DNA from: an uncultured bacterium
GTDB lineage: Bacteria; Verrucomicrobiota; Kiritimatiellia; PWTM01
DNA: 64,000 bases
Assembly (NCBI GenBank): GCA_900661335.1
Contig: CAACVY010000004.1
Coordinates: forward strand, 70 to 64,069
Direction: 5' to 3'
Below the pieces are notes generated by a model. It worked only from the letters and a program-made list of their open reading frames with translations. It was not told the DNA's origin and did not search any database. How positions within the stretch are numbered: position 1 is the stretch's first letter; every line of letters begins with the position of its first letter. Shown piece by piece: positions 56,529-64,000 of this stretch. Made by a program: the position numbers and the translations under genes.

Positions 56529-56853
56529 GAGCGGCTTCCTCCCGGGCCGGAGGCCGTTCGGTCCGGAAAATCTGGAATCGGAACAGTTCCTCGATCAGCC
56601 GGAACCGCTCGCGCAACGGCGCAATCGCAGCTGCTGGGATTTGAAAGTTGATGACCACGTAGTGCCCCGCCGTGTAGCGTCCCTTGCCCTGGCGGTACAG
56701 CGTGCGCGCGAATTGCCGGCGACCCAATCGCGTCACCGCGTCGACCGTCCCATCAAGCTTTTCAATCTCGCCGCGCACGCGTTTGATCACCGCATCCAGG
56801 TCCTCATCCTTGAGGCTATCGAGGAAGATGAACATGCCTTCGTACTGGTTCAC
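56512..56853 (-). CDS. rpsF: 30S ribosomal protein S6
   Basis: It has the motif MNQYEGMFIFLDSL...RLGRRQFAR and overlaps the ssb start by 17 nt. Confidence 0.93.
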   Translation of the reverse strand: MNQYEGMFIFLDSLKDEDLDAVIKRVRGEIEKLDGTVDAVTRLGRRQFARTLYRQGKGRYTAGHYVVINFQIPAAAIAPLRERFRLIEELFRFQIFRTERPPAREEAAHGVAE

Positions 56854-56855
56854 GG

Positions 56856-57467
56856 TTACTTCGTCTCCTTTGGTTCCGCGTTGAATTCATTCATGGCACG
56901 GTCCACGCCACGCTCCACACAACACATCACGGCCGCCACCGCGCGGTCCAAGGCGTCGCGCAGAACCGGCTCTTCGTCCGCCCGGAACGGGGATAACACA
57001 TACTCGGCCGTGTCCTGGAATTCCCCGCGGCCGATCCCCACCCGCACACGGGCTACGTCCTTGCCGCCCAACGCGGTCAAGACGGAGGCCACGCCCCGGT
57101 GACCCCCCGAGCCACCGCGGGCACGGACCCGAATAATCCCAAGCGGAAGATCCACATCGTCGTATACTAACAAAATCGCACGGCCGTCCCAGTGGTGCCA
57201 ACGCGCCAGGGGTCCGACGGCTTGGCCGCTCTCGTTCATGAAGGTCCGAGGCTTGACCAGCAACACCCGGGCGTGGCCGTCCGCCCATTCGGCCCAGGCA
57301 CACCACGCCGGCGCATGGCGGCTGGCACGCCACTTCGCACCCGTGCGCTCCGCCAACAGATCCACTACGCGGAACCCCACGTTGTGCCGGGTGCGCTCGT
57401 ACCGCTCTCCTGGATTGCCCAATCCCACCACCACGCGGATCCCGCTGCCCACGCCCAGGACTCCCAC
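56856..57467 (-). CDS. pth: Peptidyl-tRNA hydrolase
   Basis: VVGLGNPGERYERTRHNVGF, a catalytic His and a GHRGVASV motif are present. Confidence 0.93.
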   Translation of the reverse strand: MGVLGVGSGIRVVVGLGNPGERYERTRHNVGFRVVDLLAERTGAKWRASRHAPAWCAWAEWADGHARVLLVKPRTFMNESGQAVGPLARWHHWDGRAILLVYDDVDLPLGIIRVRARGGSGGHRGVASVLTALGGKDVARVRVGIGRGEFQDTAEYVLSPFRADEEPVLRDALDRAVAAVMCCVERGVDRAMNEFNAEPKETK

Positions 57468-57473
57468 CTAGGC

Positions 57474-58259
57474 TCAGCCTTTCTTCTCCGAAGCTTTTTT
57501 CTCGGCTCCAGCGCCAGCCTTTTTCTCCGCTCCAGCCCCCGTCTTCTCGGCTTTCTTCTCGGCCTTTTCGGCTCCTCCCTTCTGCGCGGGCGCTGCTTCG
57601 CCACCCTCGCCTTCCTTGGCCTTGGCGGTAATGACCTCCGGCTCGGCGGCCGCTGCGCCTTCCGCCGCTTCGCCGGTGGGCGCCACTACTTCCTCGGCCT
57701 TCGGCATCGAGACCGCCGCCACCACAACGTCGCGCGCAGTCACGATCCGAACTCGCGTAACATCCACCGGGATGTCCCCCACCGTGAGGTGGTGGCCTAC
57801 GCTCAAGTTAGAGACATCCACGACCAGCTCTTCCGGAATATCGCTCGGCAAGCACTCGACGACCACCGCTCGGATCAAATGGTCCAAAATTCCACCCTGC
57901 TGGGAAACGCCGATCGGCGTGCCCACCAGCCGTACCGGCACCTCCACGCGCACTTTACGAGTCATGGACACCTCGTAGAAGTCCACGTGGATCACCCGCC
58001 CATCCACCGGGTGGTGTTGTACGTCCTTCAACAGCACCTGCCGCTCGGACTCGCCCACCTTCAGCGTCACGAGCATGTGTTCCCCGCGATGATGCCGCAG
58101 CAATTGCGAGAAGTCATGCGCATTGACCTGAACGGGTTCGCCGGGCTTGCCCTCGCTGTATACTACGGCGGGGATCTGACCCGTGCGACGCAATCGTCGC
58201 ACGCTCGATGTTCCCACCGCAGTCCGCGGCTCCGCCCGCACTGTGATCTTCTCTTTCAT
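57474..58259 (-). CDS. rplY: 50S ribosomal protein L25 / general stress protein Ctc, with Lys/Ala/Glu-rich repetitive tail
   Basis: An AGGAGA SD precedes the ATG at 58259. LRRTGQIPAVVYSEGK and HPVDGRVIHVDF motifs are present. The C-terminal tail is AEKAEKKAEKTGAGAEKKAGAGAEKKASEKKG. Confidence 0.9.
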   Translation of the reverse strand: MKEKITVRAEPRTAVGTSSVRRLRRTGQIPAVVYSEGKPGEPVQVNAHDFSQLLRHHRGEHMLVTLKVGESERQVLLKDVQHHPVDGRVIHVDFYEVSMTRKVRVEVPVRLVGTPIGVSQQGGILDHLIRAVVVECLPSDIPEELVVDVSNLSVGHHLTVGDIPVDVTRVRIVTARDVVVAAVSMPKAEEVVAPTGEAAEGAAAAEPEVITAKAKEGEGGEAAPAQKGGAEKAEKKAEKTGAGAEKKAGAGAEKKASEKKG

Positions 58260-58273
58260 GGATTCCCTTTCTC

Positions 58274-59200
58274 CTACACCTGGAACAGCGATGTCACAGA
58301 CTGGTTGTTGTGAATCCGAAGAATCGCCTCGGCCAGCAGCTCGGCCACCGACTCCACGCAGACTTGCACACCCGCCCAATCGCGGCCCGGGACACTGTCC
58401 GTCACGATCAACTCCTGAATCGGAGACCGTCGCAGCCGCTCTACGCCTTCATCGGTGACCAGACAGTGTGTGACCGCCGCTCGGATGGTGCCTGCCCCGT
58501 GTTCCTGCAGCAATTGGGCTGCCCCACACAACGTCCCTGCGGTCGTCACAAGGTCGTCCACGAGGATCACATTACGACCTTTGACGTCGCCGACCACATC
58601 GATGGATTCCACCTCTCGCGCATTCCTGCGCTGTTTGGCCGCGATGGCCAGCCCGCACCCCAATATTTGCGAATACGCGTAGGCGGCCTTCACCCCACCG
58701 GTGTCGGGCGCGACCACGACCATGTCCGTAAGTCCCATGGCGCGCAGGCGTTTGACGATCACCGGCACGGCGGTCAAATGATCCACCGGAATATCGAAAA
58801 ACCCCTGGATCTGCTGGGAGTGAAGATCCAGAGTCAGCAATCGGTCCGCCCCGGCGGCCACGATGAGGTTGGCCACCAATTTGGCGGTAATGGGCACCCG
58901 TGGCTGGTCCTTTCGGTCCTGGCGCGCGTACCCAAAATAGGGAATCACCGCGGTGATCCGCGCCGCCGACGCCCGCCGCGCCGCATCGATCATGATCAGC
59001 AGTTCCATCAGGTGTTCGTTCGGGGGCGGACATGTCGGCTGCACAATAAACACGTCCCGCCCTCGAATGTTCTCCAAAATCTTGACGAAGATTTCTCCAT
59101 CCGGGAACCGACGGATGTCCACCCCGACCAACGGCTCGCCCAAATACGCGGCGATCCGTTCGGCCAGTCGAACATGCGCTGTACCGGATAGTATCTTCAT
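58274..59200 (-). CDS. prs: Ribose-phosphate pyrophosphokinase
   Basis: MKILSGTAHVRLAERIA, RFPDGEIFVKI, YARQDRK, DLHSQQIQGFF and VDDLVTTAGT motifs are present. The upstream part of the track ORF is a translated tRNA. Confidence 0.95.
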   Translation of the reverse strand: MKILSGTAHVRLAERIAAYLGEPLVGVDIRRFPDGEIFVKILENIRGRDVFIVQPTCPPPNEHLMELLIMIDAARRASAARITAVIPYFGYARQDRKDQPRVPITAKLVANLIVAAGADRLLTLDLHSQQIQGFFDIPVDHLTAVPVIVKRLRAMGLTDMVVVAPDTGGVKAAYAYSQILGCGLAIAAKQRRNAREVESIDVVGDVKGRNVILVDDLVTTAGTLCGAAQLLQEHGAGTIRAAVTHCLVTDEGVERLRRSPIQELIVTDSVPGRDWAGVQVCVESVAELLAEAILRIHNNQSVTSLFQV

Positions 59201-59226
59201 CGTCGCTGACGCCTCGGGCCGCTCCG

Positions 59227-59300
59227 TGGTTGCCCGACCAGGATTCGAACCTGGACTCTGGCCTCCAAAGGGCCGTGTGCTGCCATTACACCATCGGGCA
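59227..59300 (-). tRNA. tRNA-Gln (anticodon TTG), CCA encoded
   Basis: The reverse complement is TGCCCGATGGTGTAATGGCAGCACACGGCCCTTTGGAGGCCAGAGTCCAGGTTCGAATCCTGGTCGGGCAACCA. The acceptor stem pairs TGCCCGA with TCGGGCA. The T-loop is GGTTCGAATCC and the anticodon loop is CT-TTG-GA. Confidence 0.88.
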
Positions 59301-59366
59301 GTCCGACCGGCCGATGTATTCCGAGTCAGTGTGAGCCGTTCACGAAGCGGACCGGACAAAAGAAAA

Positions 59367-59395
59367 AGACTACCGTCGCTTAGCCCTAGAGTCAA
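59367..59395 (-). promoter_or_regulatory. Promoter candidate TTGACT-17 nt-TAGTCT upstream of tRNA-Gln/prs array
   Basis: The minus-strand sequence is gggTTGACTctagggctaagcgacggTAGTCTtttt. It lies about 65 nt upstream of the tRNA 5' end. Confidence 0.35.
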
Positions 59396-59640
59396 CCCTC
59401 GCCCACCACGCTCAGCCCACGGCTCCGACACCAAAGCCGCACACACCGACCCACCTGTTCCTAAGGGTCCCATGAGCTCCAAAAGGTTCGAGGGGCGCCC
59501 CGGCGACCGCCGCATCAGGAGGTGGGTGGCGACAAGGATGACCCCGCCGGTTCGCACTGCGGGAGATTGTGGCGCCGGGACCCCCGAACACTTCCGTGGG
59601 TCACCGCTCGCCGACCCGCGCCACTTACCTCGCCAACCAG

Positions 59641-59669
59641 TTGGTGCTGGAGCCGCAACTCCGTACAAT
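59641..59669 (+). promoter_or_regulatory. Promoter candidate TTGGTG-17 nt-TACAAT upstream of methyltransferase
   Basis: TTGGTG lies at 59641-59646 and TACAAT at 59664-59669. The ATG at 59700 is 31 nt downstream. Confidence 0.4.
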
Positions 59670-59699
59670 CACGCTCATGGAGCACTTGTGAACTGAACG

Positions 59700-60725
59700 A
59701 TGAACGCGCACGTCACCGCTGCCACCCGCAGATTGATGGAACTGGCCACGGCGTACTGGGGATCGGCCGCTCTCATCGCGTCCGTGAGCTTGCGACTCTG
59801 GAACGCGCTCGCCGAGGGGCCGATCGAAACCGCCGACCTCGCCCCCCGCTGTGGGTGCTCCTCCGAGCACCTCGAAGATCTTCTCCAAGCACTGGAAGCG
59901 ATGGGCGTGGTGCAACTCACCGAGCTGGGCTGGGAAATCGCCCCGGAGTACCGGTTCCTCTTGGATCCCAGTTCCGAAACCTATTTGGTACCCGCGTTGG
60001 CCCTGAATGCCGACCTCTATCCGCTTTGGGGACGGCTCGCAAGCTGCATACAGTCGGGTCAACCCGTGGTGAATCCCGCCGCCCATCTCGGCGCCGATCC
60101 CGATCGAACTCGCCGGTTCGTACTGGCCATGCACAGCCGGGCCACGGTGTTCGCGCCGGTCTTCATGTCCGCGCTCCCGCTGGAGGGGGTGCAGTCGTTG
60201 TTGGATGTCGGTGCCGGTCCCGGAACCTTCACCCGGTGGCTGGCGGAACGTCATCCGACGCTACGCGTCACGCAGTTCGATCTACCCGACGTGATTCGGG
60301 TGGCCGAAGAGCTCACGTCAACATCACCCGCCGCCGAGCGGATTCAGTTCGTGCCGGGCGACTACCGCCGCGCTGAATCGTTTGGAGGACCGTTCGACAT
60401 GATCCTTTTCTGCGGTGCTTTGCACCAAGAAGACCCAGACGGCGCCTCTCAGCTATGGAGGAAGTTCGCCCAGGCCCTGACCCCGAAGGGCCGCTTGGCC
60501 GTGATTGATCTCATGCGAGGTCATCCCGCCGGCGGGGCGATGCCGGCTTTGTTCAGCCTGCAGATGCGCCTGACGAGTCCCCGAGGACGCGTGTATTCCA
60601 TGTCGCAAGTGAGCGCGATGTTGACCAGCAGTGGCTGGGCCGTCGAACAAGCTCGGCCGTTGGAGATCCTTCCCTACAGTTTGATCATTGCGCGTCCGCC
60701 GAATCGACGCGACAGCCTGAACTGA
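59700..60725 (+). CDS. Class I SAM-dependent O-methyltransferase (Methyltransf_2-like, with N-terminal winged-helix dimerisation region)
   Basis: It has the SAM motif LLDVGAGPGTF, DLPDV, an acidic loop PGDY and a conserved C-terminal region. The length (341 aa) is typical of the OMT family. Confidence 0.8.
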   Translation: MNAHVTAATRRLMELATAYWGSAALIASVSLRLWNALAEGPIETADLAPRCGCSSEHLEDLLQALEAMGVVQLTELGWEIAPEYRFLLDPSSETYLVPALALNADLYPLWGRLASCIQSGQPVVNPAAHLGADPDRTRRFVLAMHSRATVFAPVFMSALPLEGVQSLLDVGAGPGTFTRWLAERHPTLRVTQFDLPDVIRVAEELTSTSPAAERIQFVPGDYRRAESFGGPFDMILFCGALHQEDPDGASQLWRKFAQALTPKGRLAVIDLMRGHPAGGAMPALFSLQMRLTSPRGRVYSMSQVSAMLTSSGWAVEQARPLEILPYSLIIARPPNRRDSLN

Positions 60726-60732
60726 GCCATCT

Positions 60733-63700
60733 ATGCCTACTCGTCCCGTCCCACCATCGACCGACGCCCCGCCCAGAATCACTCCGTCACACGTACCCCC
60801 CTGGCCGCCGGCTCACGGTCGTTGGGCATTGGCCGCAGGCCTGGTGTTCGTCGGCCTCGCTTGCTGGGCCCGTTGTCGAGGTTATTTCCCGGGCGAATCG
60901 GCAGACCGCCTGGCCACCGCGGTCGGCGCTAGTCCATTGCCGACTCTGCAGCACATCGTATGGGAAGCCATCACCCGTGCACTCTGGAAGTTGGGCGGGC
61001 TGCACGTCGTGACTTTTTTCAATGTGGTTTGCGGCGGCGTGATCGTCGCCCTGCTGTACAAGCTAGGGGGCGCATTCCACACCGGTGTCGAACTCACACC
61101 TCTGCACGCTCGAACCACCACCTCCGGCGAAGAAATCGTTCCGGCCTTCGGAATTCTGTGGCGTGACCTGATCCTCGCCCATGTGCCCAGCCTTGCCATG
61201 GTGCTGATGGCGGCCGGCTCGTTCCCATTCCTGTTCGTCTGCACTCGTGCCCATCCAGCGCCGATTGGATTGTTGCTTCTCGCTAGCGCATGCGTGCTGT
61301 TCAACGAATACGGTCGCACGGGCCGTCGCCGTTGGGCCATCCTGGGTGCCGCTGGGCTGGGGATCGCAAGTGCAGACAGCCCCTCGATTCTCCTAGTGGT
61401 TCCGCTGATCGCGATCTGGGCCATGGTGCTGATGGCGCGGTACCGCGACCTGATCCTGCCCATGATGCCCGACGAGTTGGCCGGCCACACTCGGCTGACA
61501 CTCCCGTTGACCTTGCTGGTCGTCTGGCTCGCCACATGGTGGATCCTCTTGTTCGCACGCGCCGCGCTGTTCCTTCGAGAGCCGGCGGCCGCGTGGGTCC
61601 GCACCTCAACCTTCGGAGAAGCACTTCACGAGGTCGTCGTGGCACAATGGCGTGCGCTTAAAAGTGCGGTTCCCTCGGTGGGCTGGCTGTTACCCGCACT
61701 GGTTGTCGGTTTACCTGCGCTCACCAGCGCCGCGGCCATCTTCGGTGAACGGCCGGGCCGCCGCTGGACACCCATGGTAGTCCACCTGCTGGTGTTGATC
61801 ATGGCCGTGGCGATCGCGTGGGACATGCGCGCGGCTCCGTGGCCCGCCTTCGGCGCCGTGCCCCTGTACATCCTCCCGTATCTGCTCACCGGCATGTGGA
61901 CCGCGGCCTCGATGGCCGCCGTGACCCGCATGTGGCTCCGCGACCTCGAGCGTACTGATCTTCCAACGCCCCTGGCCTCATGGGACCTCGGTCCCACGCG
62001 CCGACGAATCGCAGCGGCCACCGTGTCGCTGGCGGTCCTCCTTCCGTTGGCCGCCGGCGCCCTTCGGCACGTGGTCCAGTGCAGGCACTGCGACTCGGCT
62101 CCCTTTGACCGGTTCGCGCAGACGGCGATCGAAGAAACGGGCGAGGCAGAGACACTCGTGGTGGCCTCCTCCATCGAAAGCATCCTGGCCCTTCACTCCT
62201 GCCGTGGACACTCACGGGTTCTTTCCCTTCTGAACGGGCAAAACCCTGCCTACCTCCACTGGATAGCCGCGGCGTTCCCCGCGGATTCTCGTGCGCGTAT
62301 CTTGGCCGAGTCCGGGCTCCAGGCGTTATTGGTGGACTGGGTCCAAAGGGATCGCTCAATCACGGGCCGCATGGCAGTCGTGGACATTCCAGACTTGTGG
62401 CGCATCGGGGGCTATATCGCGCAGCCCGGTCGGGCGGTCTACCGCGGTGTCGTCGCACCGCCCCGCGAGTGGACGGAGGTGGCCCTGGCACGGTTTGGAA
62501 CCGTCACGGCGGAACTGGCCGAAGTCCGTGCGTACGTCCGTCGTTTGCCCAAGCCGTTTCAGCCATACGGAGAATGGCTCTTGCACCAACATGCGCGACT
62601 ACTGAACGACACCGCGTTCGAACTCGAACTGCTCGATCATCCACGCGAGGCTCGCGCCATGTACGAGGCCATCCTGTCCCACCTTCCCCAGCATTTCAGC
62701 GCGCGTCACAACCTCGTACGGCTGGCCCGCCAGCTTGGGGACCCCGATGCGGACTCGCTCCAACAAAAGTTCCGAGAATGGCTTCAGCGCCTAGGGCCCA
62801 AGATCGACATCGCCACGCTCGCTCGCGCCCATGGTCGGATCCACGATCCGGCGCTGGCCACAATGATCAGCCGCGCGGCGTTGCACAGCGGAGTGCCTGA
62901 CGCCGCGCTGGCCGAACTACTGTCTGCCGTCGCTCGGGGCTCGCCCGAGTATTTACGCCTGGCGCTGGCCGCGGCGTTGGAACGGACCGGCCGTACCGAC
63001 GAAGCCCGAACGATGATCGAAGATCTCGTCCGCCGGTATCCGAACGAGGCCGGGTTGAGGCTCGTCCTCACCTACTTGGCTTTGGGTCAGGGTGACCTGG
63101 TGGCGGCAAAATCCGCGTGGGCGGAGGCCGCCCAACTCGCGCCCGACTCTCCCAACGTCCAGGTGGCCCGAGCGTGGTTGAGCGCGACCGAAGGGCAACT
63201 CCAAGACGCTCGGCAACAGCTGACGACCTGTCTGAGTGCCCATCCCGACCTGCTGCCCGCGCGCGTCGCCTCGCTATGGGTGGCTTGGTTGGCTCGCGAC
63301 CACGCCCGAATTCGGCTCGACGCCGATTGGATCCGAACGCGCGCCCCCGATATGCCCTTCGCAGATGTTGTGCTGGCGCTCTCCGCGTGGGAAACTGGGC
63401 GGCGCCAAGAAGCGCGCCAGCTCCTTCAAGGGGTCGTCACCCGCCATCCATCCTGGATGTCCGCTTGGGAGTTACTGGTGGAAATGGACCGCGCCGAGGA
63501 ACGGCCCGACCTTGGGCGTGAACATGTCCAGCGGATGCTGGCCATTCAGCCTCGACATCCGAAAGCCAACCACTACATGGCCTCGCTCCTGATGCTCGAT
63601 GAACACTGGGCCGGCGCGCTCAGCTTTCTTCGCACCGCCCGAGCCGAAGGACTGGAAACTCCGGAATTGCTCAATGACTTGGCCTGGTGCCTCTATCAAC

Positions 63701-63990
63701 TCGGCCAACTCGACGAGGCCGCTGAGTTGATCGGTCGCGCCCGACAAAGGGACCCTTCCAACCCGGTCATCATGGACACCGAGGCGATGATCCTCGCCGC
63801 CCGCGGAGAACTCGAAGCCGCCGAACGTCTACTCCTCGACGCGGCCGGCCTTGCCCCGGACCACCGTCAGATCGCGCGACACCTCGCCGAAGTGCGTCAA
63901 CGGCGGGCGTCTTCCTCTGGGTCCCCGCGCGAGGAACGGTCCAATGCGCCCGCGACGAACGTACCCAGCCGAACCGCTCCTTCGCCGTAG
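60733..63990 (+). CDS. Large polytopic membrane protein with C-terminal TPR repeats (possible DUF2723/PMT-like glycosyltransferase)
   Basis: The N-terminal ~450 aa contain about 10 hydrophobic helices. The C-terminal ~500 aa carry multiple TPR-like units (e.g. EARAMYEAILSHLPQHFSARHNLVRLA and LDEAAELIGRARQRDPSNP). The functional call is tentative. Confidence 0.8.
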   Translation: MPTRPVPPSTDAPPRITPSHVPPWPPAHGRWALAAGLVFVGLACWARCRGYFPGESADRLATAVGASPLPTLQHIVWEAITRALWKLGGLHVVTFFNVVCGGVIVALLYKLGGAFHTGVELTPLHARTTTSGEEIVPAFGILWRDLILAHVPSLAMVLMAAGSFPFLFVCTRAHPAPIGLLLLASACVLFNEYGRTGRRRWAILGAAGLGIASADSPSILLVVPLIAIWAMVLMARYRDLILPMMPDELAGHTRLTLPLTLLVVWLATWWILLFARAALFLREPAAAWVRTSTFGEALHEVVVAQWRALKSAVPSVGWLLPALVVGLPALTSAAAIFGERPGRRWTPMVVHLLVLIMAVAIAWDMRAAPWPAFGAVPLYILPYLLTGMWTAASMAAVTRMWLRDLERTDLPTPLASWDLGPTRRRIAAATVSLAVLLPLAAGALRHVVQCRHCDSAPFDRFAQTAIEETGEAETLVVASSIESILALHSCRGHSRVLSLLNGQNPAYLHWIAAAFPADSRARILAESGLQALLVDWVQRDRSITGRMAVVDIPDLWRIGGYIAQPGRAVYRGVVAPPREWTEVALARFGTVTAELAEVRAYVRRLPKPFQPYGEWLLHQHARLLNDTAFELELLDHPREARAMYEAILSHLPQHFSARHNLVRLARQLGDPDADSLQQKFREWLQRLGPKIDIATLARAHGRIHDPALATMISRAALHSGVPDAALAELLSAVARGSPEYLRLALAAALERTGRTDEARTMIEDLVRRYPNEAGLRLVLTYLALGQGDLVAAKSAWAEAAQLAPDSPNVQVARAWLSATEGQLQDARQQLTTCLSAHPDLLPARVASLWVAWLARDHARIRLDADWIRTRAPDMPFADVVLALSAWETGRRQEARQLLQGVVTRHPSWMSAWELLVEMDRAEERPDLGREHVQRMLAIQPRHPKANHYMASLLMLDEHWAGALSFLRTARAEGLETPELLNDLAWCLYQLGQLDEAAELIGRARQRDPSNPVIMDTEAMILAARGELEAAERLLLDAAGLAPDHRQIARHLAEVRQRRASSSGSPREERSNAPATNVPSRTAPSP

Positions 63991-64000
63991 CGACGGTTCA

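Overview
This is a high-GC bacterial chromosomal window that is densely coding and made almost entirely of core housekeeping operons. The gene content (Tat-signal Gfo/Idh/MocA oxidoreductases, a sulfatase with a HEAT tail, a large HEAT-repeat protein, GH29 fucosidase, FloA, a split dcw cluster) looks like the Planctomycetes-Verrucomicrobia-Kiritimatiellota group; that is inference from content, not a database hit.

Gene order:
- Plus strand: partial thioredoxin-like gene; overlapping ROK glucokinase-ppx-ppk1 operon; SHOCT membrane protein.
- Minus strand: thiD-manA-TIGR02757.
- Plus strand: dcw cluster mraZ-(sORF)-rsmH-ftsL-ftsI-murE-murF-mraY-murD-LysM-ftsW. It stops after ftsW and runs into an orphan Fe-S hydro-lyase beta subunit and a small zincin. 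Then rsmE, secA-lnt and an orphan histidine kinase.
- Minus strand: System II cytochrome c biogenesis (resB-ccsA); a fucosidase-oxidoreductase-HEAT-sulfatase operon; floA; an esterase-oxidoreductase-URO-D-like operon with tRNA-Ala(GGC).
- Plus strand: maf; an ECF sigma module; a Nudix hydrolase.
- Minus strand: a roughly 9.5 kb co-directional array, tRNA-Gln-prs-rplY-pth-rpsF-ssb-rpsR-rplI-dnaB-bamA-skp-lpxD.
- Plus strand: an O-methyltransferase and a 1085-aa TPR membrane protein.

I found no CRISPR array, rRNA, transposase, integrase or recognisable defence genes, and I could not identify a clear-cut novel multi-gene system. The most unusual items are:
- the truncated dcw cluster, with an embedded LysM protein and a strong-SD Trp/Arg-rich sORF;
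- the putative sulfated-fucan operon with a Tat-exported oxidoreductase;
- two unexplained non-coding gaps of 0.5-0.8 kb;
- phased or palindromic operator-like repeats;
- leaderless-looking promoters.

Many long alternative-frame ORFs in the track are high-GC artefacts.
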